DNA from: Candidatus Acidiferrales bacterium
Lineage (GTDB): Bacteria; Acidobacteriota; Terriglobia; Acidiferrales; UBA7541
Reading direction: 5' to 3'
Length of the DNA stretch: 64,000 bases
Assembly: GCA_963836965.1 (NCBI GenBank)
Contig: CAWILQ010000023.1
Coordinates: forward strand, 57,797-121,796
How positions within the stretch are numbered: position 1 is the stretch's first letter; each line of letters begins with the position of its first letter. A program made the position numbers and the translations under genes. Positions 27,319 through 35,299 of the stretch are shown in pieces. The notes below the pieces were generated by a model. It had not been told where the DNA came from and made no database searches. It was given only the letters and a program-made list of their open reading frames with translations.

Positions 27319-27651
27319 CTACGAAGTCTCCAACGCTTGGCCGATGGCCCACGAAATGCGGCCCCAGCGTTTGGTTTCCGCTTCGAGTTGCTTCCGCCCC
27401 GGCTTCGTCAGCCGGTAGAATTTTGCGCGGCGATTGTTTTCGGAGTCGCCCCAGAAGGAGGAGATCCAGCCTTCCTCTTCCATGCGATGCAGCGCGGGAA
27501 AGAGCGAGCCGGGTTTCACGTGGAAAGTGCCGGAGGTGATAAGTTGGATCCGGCGCGAGATTCCCAAACCGTGCATTTCGCCAGCGACGAGGGACTTCAA
27601 GATCAACAGGTCCAACGTTCCTTGCAAAAGGGTGGTGGGTTCAGAGTTCAA
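27319..27651 (-). CDS. PadR family transcriptional regulator (acidobacterial type)
   Basis: LLQGTLDLLILKSL..MHGLGI..GSLFPALHRME..ENNRRAKFYRLT; TTG start with AGGAG RBS. Confidence 0.93.
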   Translation of the reverse strand: MNSEPTTLLQGTLDLLILKSLVAGEMHGLGISRRIQLITSGTFHVKPGSLFPALHRMEEEGWISSFWGDSENNRRAKFYRLTKPGRKQLEAETKRWGRISWAIGQALETS

Positions 27652-27659
27652 AAGGAGCT

Positions 27660-27712
27660 CCTATCGAGAATCGATAGGAATAATAGGACTGTACCTATAG
27701 AGTGTCAATAGG
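27660..27712 (-). promoter_or_regulatory. padR-ADOP promoter with two palindromic operator boxes
   Basis: TTGACA(27708-27703)-17 nt-TATTAT(27685-27680); CCTAT-N9-ATAGG at 27660-27678 and 27694-27712. Confidence 0.7.
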
Positions 27713-27818
27713 AAGTAGCGCGGTAGTCGCACGCGCTTCTGTTGCTTCGCGCCACCCTGGAGTATGATTGCCGCCCGGACCGTTCTGCCCCTGCGGCCGG
27801 GCCTTTCGGAGGTGCGTT

Positions 27819-28418
27819 ATGGCTGCCGCCACACCCGGCACTGAAGCAGCTCGTGTTGCAGCGCTGGACCGCTACGCCATTCTCGACACTGAACCCGAAC
27901 AATCGTTTGATGACCTGGTGGTCCTGGCCGCACATATTTGCCACACGCCCATGGCCATGCTTTCCCTGGTGGATGATCATCGACAGTGGTTTAAATCCAA
28001 ACTGGGCGTGCAGGCGCCGGAGACCCCGCGCGAAAGCTCCATCTGCGCGCATGCGATCCAACAGGGCGACCTCTTCGTTGTCCCCGACACGTTGCAAGAT
28101 CCGAGGTTCCGCGAGAACCCATTGGTAACCGGGGAACCGCACATTCGCTTTTACGCGGGCGCTCCGCTCATCAATGAGGATGGTTTTGCATTAGGCACGC
28201 TTTGCGTGCTGGACCGGGAACCGCGTCAACTCGACGCTGAACAGAAGGAAGCGGTCAACGCTCTCAGCCGGCTTGCCCTGCGACAGATGGAGTTGCGCAT
28301 GAATTTGCAGCTCCTGAAGGATGCGTTAAACGACAGGACGCGCGAAGAACACGCGCGCGAACTCGAGTTGAAGCGGCTGGAAGAAAAGCTTACGCGCGTT
28401 TTGGGGTTGAAGATCTAG
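27819..28418 (+). CDS. stand-alone GAF domain protein
   Basis: EAARVAALDRYAILDT.PEQSFDDL, RQWFKS, SICAHAI, IRFYAGAPL, LGTLCVLDREPR; C-terminal coiled coil, no output domain. Confidence 0.85.
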   Translation: MAAATPGTEAARVAALDRYAILDTEPEQSFDDLVVLAAHICHTPMAMLSLVDDHRQWFKSKLGVQAPETPRESSICAHAIQQGDLFVVPDTLQDPRFRENPLVTGEPHIRFYAGAPLINEDGFALGTLCVLDREPRQLDAEQKEAVNALSRLALRQMELRMNLQLLKDALNDRTREEHARELELKRLEEKLTRVLGLKI

Positions 28419-28477
28419 CACCAGGCGCGACTGAATAATTTTTAAACGGCGGCCTGACCGGATATCCTACTGCCGGG

Positions 28478-29392
28478 ATGATCCGAGCCTTTTTCCACAA
28501 ACCATTTTTGCTCTCAACCTGTTTGGGGCTGGCGATGAGCTTCACTCCCTCGCTGGCCAGTGCGCAAATTCGCAAGGTATGCGCGGAGGGCGTCACTCTG
28601 AAGGTAAATGCAGGCATCACCACGCAGGGATCTTTATTGACGGTAGAAGTGTTGTGGCCTCCAGCCCTGCCGAGTTTCACAAGCGAATGGGATGGCCAAG
28701 CCATGCCGCTATGGCGAGAAGAGGAAAAATCATCAACGCTGCACGGGTTGATCGGCGTAGACCTTGAAAAAGCCCCCGGGCGCTACGAATGGAAGGTGTC
28801 CTGGCCGGCCGCCAAAGGGAATGCCGAGTCCTGCTCTGTGACGATAACCGTGCGAGGAGGCAAATTTCCAACGGAGCATCTGAAAGTGGAGAAGCAATTT
28901 GTCACGCCGGACCCCGAGCAGCTAAAGCGAGCCGAAGAGGATCAGAAAAAGATGCGCGCCATCTACGACAGGGTGACGCCGGAGCGATTGTGGGAAGGGA
29001 AGTTCCGCCTGCCGTTGAAGGACGTGACCACGGGAGGAAATTTTGGGCGGCGCCGTGTTTTGAACGGCGAAGCACGCTCTCCTCACGCGGGTGTCGATTT
29101 TCCGGCGGCCGCGGGCACAGCAGTGTTCGCATCGCAGTCCGGGAAAGTTGTTCTAGCGGAAAATTTGTACTACTCCGGAAACACTGTGGTGATCGATCAC
29201 GGCTACGGGATCTACACGATGTATGCGCACCTCTCCGAAATCGGTGTGCGGCCGGGGGAAATGGTGAGGGTGGGCGGGGAAATAGGAAAAGTCGGCGCGA
29301 CCGGCCGCGTGACCGGGCCGCATCTGCACTGGGGATTGACTATCGACCATGCCCGCGTGAATGCCATGCAGATCGCGCAACGCGAGCTGTGA
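28478..29392 (+). CDS. M23 family metallopeptidase
   Basis: HAGVD, DHGYG..YAHL, TGPHLH; signal peptide. Confidence 0.9.
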   Translation: MIRAFFHKPFLLSTCLGLAMSFTPSLASAQIRKVCAEGVTLKVNAGITTQGSLLTVEVLWPPALPSFTSEWDGQAMPLWREEEKSSTLHGLIGVDLEKAPGRYEWKVSWPAAKGNAESCSVTITVRGGKFPTEHLKVEKQFVTPDPEQLKRAEEDQKKMRAIYDRVTPERLWEGKFRLPLKDVTTGGNFGRRRVLNGEARSPHAGVDFPAAAGTAVFASQSGKVVLAENLYYSGNTVVIDHGYGIYTMYAHLSEIGVRPGEMVRVGGEIGKVGATGRVTGPHLHWGLTIDHARVNAMQIAQREL

Positions 29393-29410
29393 CGCCAAGG
29401 CCCCCTCCCG

Positions 29411-29676
29411 TTACTTCAGGTACGTCCGCACAATCTCGATCAGGTCTTCGGCCGCCTCGGCGGAGGACTTGGTCTTACGCGGCATGTGGTTGAGGATGTG
29501 ATCCTCCATCAATTCGCCCATGAGGCTGTTAATGGCGCCCCGCGCTGCGGCCAGCCTCTGCAGGACATCGGCGCAATGGGCGTCCTCTTCGAGCGCGCGA
29601 AGGGTGGATTCCAGTTGTCCAATGACCTTCTTGGTGCGGGAAACAAGTTCGAGCTTTCGCGTGGTATATGTGACAC
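29411..29676 (-). pseudogene. rcnR: CsoR/RcnR/FrmR family repressor with one-base frameshift near codon 8
   Basis: GTG 29676 to TAA 29411 is 266 nt (not a multiple of 3). One extra A at 29655-29657 gives MSHIPREKLELVSRTKKVIGQLE..HCADVLQRLAAARGAINSLMGELMEDHILNH..VRTYLK. Could be an assembly error. Confidence 0.8.
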
Positions 29677-29679
29677 CGC

Positions 29680-29728
29680 TTGACTACCCTAGGGGGGTAT
29701 GGTATTAAAAAAGTGCCCCGGTCGTCAA
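29680..29728. promoter_or_regulatory. divergent promoters with CsoR/RcnR-type operator
   Basis: TACCC-TAGGG-GGGTA at 29685-29699; plus strand TTGACT-17-TATTAA with extended TG; minus strand TTGACG-18-TACCAT. Confidence 0.7.
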
Positions 29729-29792
29729 GCGAGGCGGTACCCGAGTAGGGCCGATGCGGCTCTGAGAGAAAGCCGGAAAGGAAGATGGCGCG

Positions 29793-30017
29793 ATGTTACA
29801 GGCCATTCATCAAAAAAAGACTGTGCCTCGGGCATCCTCCATTTACTGCCGTTGGATATGCGAAAACTGGAGAGAAGGAGCGCGCCTCTTAGCCGAGTGG
29901 TGGATCGACAACGAAATGGGCTGTTTTGAGCGGGAGCTTGTGGAGAATTCCGAAGGCGAAGCTACACGGCAGGATGCGCTGGAAGAGCCGGGTCGCCTGG
30001 CATTCTTGAAATCCTAG
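29793..30017 (+). CDS. small hypothetical protein (74 aa)
   Basis: Lies between the promoter and the porin gene; YCRWIC..LAEWWIDNEMGCFE; no independent homology evidence. Confidence 0.45.
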   Translation: MLQAIHQKKTVPRASSIYCRWICENWREGARLLAEWWIDNEMGCFERELVENSEGEATRQDALEEPGRLAFLKS

Positions 30018-30051
30018 GGGCGGACTTTCCAGCAAAACGAAAGTAACGGCG

Positions 30052-31506
30052 ATGAAGGTCAGCACTTCAAAAACAGGCGTGGTAGGGCGTAGTGCCCCGC
30101 TTTTTTTGCGACTGTGCATGGCCTTGTTCTCGTGCTTTTCCTGTGGAGTGGCAGTGGTTGGCCAGGACGCTCCCGCAGCGGACTCCCAGCCCGACGTAAA
30201 GGAAAATGATGCAGTCGGCGACGACATCCTGACGACCCTGTTTCCCCACGCCGAGTGGGACCGCATCTGGCTATCCGGGCAGGCAAATTTCATTTCACAA
30301 TGGCATCCGGCGTTTCACTCGCCTTACCAGGGGAAAAACAGTCTCTCTCCGCAAGCGCAAGATGCAACCTCTCGCGTGTTGACTCTGTTCACCGGACTGC
30401 GGCTCACGGCCTCGACAGAATTTTTGTGCGACGTGCAGGAAACCGGTGGGAACGGGCTCGGGCAAGCGCTCGGAGTCGCAGGCTTTTTTAATCTGGATGT
30501 AGTGCGCAACCCCAGCCTCAGCAAGGCTCCTTACATAGCTCGATTGATGTGGCACCAGATCATTCCACTCGGCAGCCAGAAAGAGGTCTCGGAGCGCACT
30601 CCGTTTGCCTTGTTTCGTGAATTGCCGGAACGTCGGCTGGAACTGCGTTTCGGAAAACTGAGCCTGGCGGACTTTTTCGACGTCAACACCTACGGTACCG
30701 ACAGCAATTTTCAATTCATGAACTGGACCGTCGACAACAACGGGGCCTTCGACTACGCCGCGGATACCCGAGGCTTTACCTTCGCGGCCATGTTGGAGTA
30801 TCACGACCGCAACTATGTCATCCGCTTTGCGGAAGCGCTGATGCCTAAGGTCGCCAATGGGATTAACCTGGACGCCGACCTGGGCCGGGCCCGGTCTGAA
30901 AACATCGAACTCGAGCTGCATGGACATGTGACCAAGAAACGCCAGAGTGTCTTACGCCTGTTGTCCTTCATCAACCACGCGAACATGGGCGACTATCAGC
31001 AGCAAATCAACGAATGGCTTGCCAATCCCACCACCCCGGTTCCCCAAATCACCAATCATCCTCTGCAAACCACTGTCAAATACGGCTTCGGTGTTAATTT
31101 CGAACAACCGTTAACCAACTGGATAGGGCTATTCGGCCGTTGGGGATGGAACGAAGGCCAGCATGAATCGTATGCGTACACGGAAGCGGACCAGACTTGG
31201 CAAATTGGTGTCGGCGGAGACGGTGGGCGCTGGGGCCGCCGCGCAGACCGCATGGGATTGGTCTTCGTGAGCGACGGTATAAGCCACGATCATGCCGAAT
31301 ACCTCGGCTATGGGGGACTTGGCTTTCTGCTTGGAGATGGGAAGCTAAATTATGGGCGGGAAAGCTTCATTGAGAGTTACTACACCTTGCACTTGTGGAG
31401 AGGGATTTATCCTTCCTTCGACTTGCAGTATATGGTGAATCCCGGATATAACCGCGACCGCGGTCCGGTAATCGTACCCAGCCTGCGATTACATCTGGAG
31501 TTTTGA
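30052..31506 (+). CDS. outer-membrane porin, OprB/MnoP-like
   Basis: Signal peptide; YIARL, GKLSLADFFD.N, FMNWTVDNNGAFDYAADTRG, YNRDRGPV; C-terminal Phe (LHLEF). Confidence 0.8.
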   Translation: MKVSTSKTGVVGRSAPLFLRLCMALFSCFSCGVAVVGQDAPAADSQPDVKENDAVGDDILTTLFPHAEWDRIWLSGQANFISQWHPAFHSPYQGKNSLSPQAQDATSRVLTLFTGLRLTASTEFLCDVQETGGNGLGQALGVAGFFNLDVVRNPSLSKAPYIARLMWHQIIPLGSQKEVSERTPFALFRELPERRLELRFGKLSLADFFDVNTYGTDSNFQFMNWTVDNNGAFDYAADTRGFTFAAMLEYHDRNYVIRFAEALMPKVANGINLDADLGRARSENIELELHGHVTKKRQSVLRLLSFINHANMGDYQQQINEWLANPTTPVPQITNHPLQTTVKYGFGVNFEQPLTNWIGLFGRWGWNEGQHESYAYTEADQTWQIGVGGDGGRWGRRADRMGLVFVSDGISHDHAEYLGYGGLGFLLGDGKLNYGRESFIESYYTLHLWRGIYPSFDLQYMVNPGYNRDRGPVIVPSLRLHLEF

Positions 31507-31525
31507 CGCTACCCGAACCATGCCT

Positions 31526-32212
31526 TCAATGAGTCTGCGCCAATTGTGCGCTAGCCTCTGCTAGCCGGGCGCGCGTGCTTCGAACGATGCCGGCAAAACG
31601 GCGCGTAAGTTCGCGGATGCGGTCCGGTTTGTGTAGCAGCATGGATTCGCGCGGAATGAGTTCCTTGCCCACGCTGAGAGCCGAGGCGCCGGCGAGCAAG
31701 TAATGCGCCGCGTTTTGCTGTGTCACTCCACCTCCGGGGATCAAGGGAATGTCAGGAAAGGGCCGCCGCAAGGCGCGAATGTAGTTGTCTCCGCCGACCA
31801 CTGAACACGGAAAAATCTTTACAAAATCGGCGCCCGCTTTCCAGGCTGTTAGAATCTCCGTAGGTGTCAGCGCACCGCTCATCATGCCCACATCGGGATT
31901 CTCGGCCACAAGTTGTACGGTAGGGATGTCAAGCGCGGGGTTGCTGATGAATTGCGCTCCAGCCTTGATGCAGTTCTGCGCGGTCAACGCGTCCAGCACG
32001 GTGCCCGCGCCAATGATAACGTTGGGAACCGTTTTTACTATCTCGCGAATCACCTCGATCGCTCCCGGAACAGTCATGGTGATTTCCACGATAGGGATTC
32101 CGCCATGAGCGACCTCTTCCACCGCGAAGCGGGCGTCCCCGGCGGACGAGGTACGAATCACCGGAACGATCCCGATTTCTTCCACACGGGCGCGCAACTG
32201 TTCTTTTTTCAT
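31526..32212 (-). CDS. eda: KDPG/KHG aldolase
   Basis: IVPVIR, VEITMT, IGAGTVLD, TPTEI, VKIFP, PGGGV. Confidence 0.88.
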   Translation of the reverse strand: MKKEQLRARVEEIGIVPVIRTSSAGDARFAVEEVAHGGIPIVEITMTVPGAIEVIREIVKTVPNVIIGAGTVLDALTAQNCIKAGAQFISNPALDIPTVQLVAENPDVGMMSGALTPTEILTAWKAGADFVKIFPCSVVGGDNYIRALRRPFPDIPLIPGGGVTQQNAAHYLLAGASALSVGKELIPRESMLLHKPDRIRELTRRFAGIVRSTRARLAEASAQLAQTH

Positions 32213-32347
32213 GGCGGACGGGCTCCCTGGGCTCTTACCTCGCTGCTCGCAGCATTATAGTGCCGGGGTCAATAATTGCCAGCGCTGGACCCGGAATGAC
32301 GCGTTAGGGCGTGCAAGTGGTAAACTTTGTCGGGGAAGGTTGATTTT

Positions 32348-32764
32348 ATGGCCACGAAAAAAACGAAACGAAGGAAAGCGACGTCGCATAAGAGCGGAAA
32401 AAGCAAAAATGCAAAGCGCAAACTCGTTGTCAAGAAAAAGACGACGAAGAAGCCCGGGACAAAGTCCAAGCCAAAACGAGCTCGCAGCAAACCGCGCGGC
32501 CACGCCGATACGACGGACCTCGTTTCCTACGGACGGCGCGGCCTGGGCGCACGTTCTGGTGGTCAGTCTGGAGATACTCAGGGTATTTCCGCGGGCGCCG
32601 ATGTGGATTCGGAAAGCGTCGAAGAATTGTTGGAAGAAGGGCAATCGTATGAGGCCGAGGTGGTTGAAGGCGTCGAGAATGCCCCGGACCCCGATCAGGG
32701 CGCAGTCCGAACTCGCGAAGTGGAAGAAGACGACGTACCGGAGGAATACCGCGACAAGGACTAG
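32348..32764 (+). CDS. hypothetical protein, Lys/Arg-rich N-terminus and acidic C-terminus
   Basis: MATKKTKRRKATSHKSGK..KKKTTKKP then GGQSGDTQG..SESVEELLEEGQ..EDDVPEEY. Confidence 0.75.
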   Translation: MATKKTKRRKATSHKSGKSKNAKRKLVVKKKTTKKPGTKSKPKRARSKPRGHADTTDLVSYGRRGLGARSGGQSGDTQGISAGADVDSESVEELLEEGQSYEAEVVEGVENAPDPDQGAVRTREVEEDDVPEEYRDKD

Positions 32765-32802
32765 CGTTTCCGTCGTATTTCGCGACCAGCGGAATCAAGC
32801 GT

Positions 32803-33261
32803 ATGTTGGTTGGAATCATTTCTGATACGCACGGCCTTTTACGCCTGGAAGCCGAGCGCGCGCTACAAGGCGCAGATCTGATTATCCACGCCGGCGACGT
32901 GGGTGATTCTGAGATCTTACCCAAACTAAAGCGCATCGCGCCGGTGTTCGCAGTGCGCGGAAATGTGGACACTGCCGCGTGGGCCAGGGAACTGCCCGTC
33001 ACGACCGCAGTGGAAGCGAACGGGGCGAATTTTTACGTTCTGCACAATCTGCAGGAATTGGATTTGCGGCCGGACGGGGGCAGATTTGACTTCGTCATCA
33101 GCGGTCACACGCATCGACCGGAGCAAACTGAGAAAAACGGTGTGGTTTACGTCAACCCTGGAAGCGCTGGGCCGAAGCGCTTTCACCTGCCCGTCAGCTT
33201 GGCCATACTGAATTTGACGAAGCGCCCGTGGAAAGCCGAGTTTGTGGAGCTTGTCCGCTGA
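32803..33261 (+). CDS. metallophosphoesterase (YfcE/MJ0936 family)
   Basis: ISDTHG, HAGDVG, VRGNVD, SGHTHRP, NPGSAGP. Confidence 0.9.
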   Translation: MLVGIISDTHGLLRLEAERALQGADLIIHAGDVGDSEILPKLKRIAPVFAVRGNVDTAAWARELPVTTAVEANGANFYVLHNLQELDLRPDGGRFDFVISGHTHRPEQTEKNGVVYVNPGSAGPKRFHLPVSLAILNLTKRPWKAEFVELVR

Positions 33262-33534
33262 GCGGCTTACGGGCAAGGAGGAGCACACCTTTTCTCCCTT
33301 GCAAAAATGCGCAACGCTCTCTCGGAAGTACTGGCGTACCGTGCCGGAAGGCGGTAGATTAGTACCGCTTAGCTATTGTCGGGAGTTGGCCTCCCGGTGA
33401 AAATAGTCCGTCGACCTGGTCGCATGTGAGCTGTCCCCGGCTCAAGGCGCCGCCCGCGCCTAAGCATGCGCTGCAGTAACGACCCCGGTAGGCAGTACAA
33501 GGCGGACCCTTGTATCGTTGAGGAGAAGGTCCCC

Positions 33535-33906
33535 ATGGGCGTTTTACACTTTCGATATCGGGAACGCCGTCGAACATTGCGTGTGGCAATGGCTCTGCCC
33601 ATCGTCGTGCACGGACAAAATGACGCGGGCGAGAAGTTCTGCGTGCGCGCCATCACCCGTTCCATCAACAAGCAAGGGGCATTGCTGACCATGGATGAAA
33701 TGGTCGAGCTTGGGCAACCGCTCCTGATCGTCAACGAGAACACCAGCCGGTCCACGGAAGCGCGTGTGGCCCATGTCCGGCGCGAGCGCGACGGCAAGCT
33801 TTTCGTCGGATTAGAATTTGTAAACCCCGAAGTGAATTTCTGGATGATGACTTTTCCGCTGCCGGGTGCAAGGCCGCTGCGGCGTGGAGCTGGCTCCAAG
33901 AGTTAG
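33535..33906 (+). CDS. PilZ domain protein
   Basis: ERRRTLRV (RxxxR), SINKQGALL, ARVAHV, FVGLEF; GAGGAG RBS. Confidence 0.8.
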   Translation: MGVLHFRYRERRRTLRVAMALPIVVHGQNDAGEKFCVRAITRSINKQGALLTMDEMVELGQPLLIVNENTSRSTEARVAHVRRERDGKLFVGLEFVNPEVNFWMMTFPLPGARPLRRGAGSKS

Positions 33907-33970
33907 CTTTTGGACCTCGACTCTTTCCGCCCGGCGTCCACCACGTTCTTCAAACATCCCTGGATATATC

Positions 33971-34012
33971 AAAGAAAATGGCGCCGTGACCATGGACACT
34001 GCGGCGCCATTT
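33971..34012. terminator. probable bidirectional intrinsic terminator
   Basis: AAATGGCGCCG/CGGCGCCATTT 11-bp stem (33976-33986/34002-34012), U-rich tail on minus strand, between convergent genes. Confidence 0.5.
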
Positions 34013-34298
34013 GAGATTTTGCTCCTGGCTAGGAGCGAGCTTCGACGAAGCGGATAGCCCCTTCAACCTCATGAATCGCTTTGCCGATATGGTCAAAGCC
34101 CGCAGCTGAAGGCCGTCGTGGGTTCTCCTTGAAGGATTTTGCAGTGGGCCGATTTTGTGCCGCCTGAAGGTCCTCGGAGCTCAATGCCTGCAGCGCTTAG
34201 ACAATTTAACCCGGTGATGCCGTGATAGTTGCGGACCCCTGGACCCGATCAGGAATCCGTTTCAAGTCCCGAGGGACAGGATCGCGGTGCGGAGACAG

Positions 34299-34703
34299 TC
34301 AGGACTGCTTTCTCTGTTTGGCGATTTTTTTCTTGCGAGTCTTGCGCGGCGCGAGCTTCGCAAACAAGGATTCGCGCACACGTCGCGGTAGTTTTGCGGC
34401 GACAAGTTCATAGGACTTTCGAACAAGCGCTTCCACTTCCGAGCCTGAGAGCACGTCTGGCGATTCGACAGCGATCCATTTTGCTCGAGCCAAGTAGGGT
34501 GCAGGGATGATTCCGAGACGCTCGGTTAAATCGGTGAACTCTTCCGGGTCTGCCTTGATGCAGAGCCAGAGGCGCGCGGGTTCCAGCGGCGTGATCGCGA
34601 ACATTTTGCCGCCGACTTTGAACAGCAGATCATCTTTCCATTGGATCTGTTCCGTGGCGCCGGGAAGGCTGAGGCAAAGTTTCCGAAGTTGGTCAATGTT
34701 CAT
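34299..34703 (-). CDS. MmcQ/YjbR family DNA-binding protein
   Basis: LPGATE..W..DLLFKVGGKMFA, PAPYLARAKW, SYELVAAKLP; ATG 34703 preferred. Confidence 0.88.
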   Translation of the reverse strand: MNIDQLRKLCLSLPGATEQIQWKDDLLFKVGGKMFAITPLEPARLWLCIKADPEEFTDLTERLGIIPAPYLARAKWIAVESPDVLSGSEVEALVRKSYELVAAKLPRRVRESLFAKLAPRKTRKKKIAKQRKQS

Positions 34704-35299
34704 GACGAAACGCGCTGCTCGTAAAACGGCGAACGCTAGTTTAGCGCGCATTTTGTCCATCGAAAGAGCTTAGCGGAGGATCATGGAAAGAAGACTCGGA
34801 ATGGCCCAATGACGATAATTACAAGGACGATTTGCGGAGTCTTTGTTTTCGGGATATTGCTTCCGTGCGTTGGCGGCCGGGAGGAGAATCATTGAAAAAG
34901 CCCCGCCCACAAGGTTGCAGCGAGCAGCGACCAGCTTCTGGCACGTGACGCCGTCCTCCGAAAAGCGGTCGTAGAATGGGTGGTGATCCTGCCGGGAGAT
35001 ACGAAAAACAGCATGTCGATAACCGGGCCGACCGGCCTCGGCTGCAGCTCGTTCGGCGCGGAAATCCAGGGCACACGTTTCATTCCAATAGGCGACCAGG
35101 TGCAATTTGTGGTTGAAATTCGCAAACGCTAAGATCGGAACCCTGAGTTTTGCCGGCCGCGAGACCGTCTCATCGAAAAAGACAAAAGAAGTTCTCTACG
35201 TACTTTGCGACTGAGGGCCGGTGCCATATTGGACGTGCCCGCCAGTCATTTCGTCGTGGGATAATGTGTTTGCGCGGGAATGTAGGAGGCTCAAACACC

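Noticed and set aside
18207-27539. Long plus-strand ORFs over the ADOP array (18207-19217, 21684-22652, 23793-25133, 26322-27539), similar to one another
   Set aside because: Antisense shadows of GC-rich paralogous permeases; their mutual similarity just mirrors the sense-strand repeats.
29655-29660. CGA AAG as a cdd-type programmed -1 frameshift site in rcnR
   Set aside because: CGA AAG is in the destination frame, not the frame read from GTG, so it does not fit that mechanism.
34228-34280. ACCCCTGGACCCGATCAGG resembles the TPP riboswitch core
   Set aside because: Lacks the GCUGAGA element and no gene lies downstream on that strand.
34208-34295. Possible tRNA-Sec or SRP RNA (size about 90 nt)
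   Set aside because: No TTCA anticodon arm, T-loop or CCA; no SRP GGAAGG loop motif.
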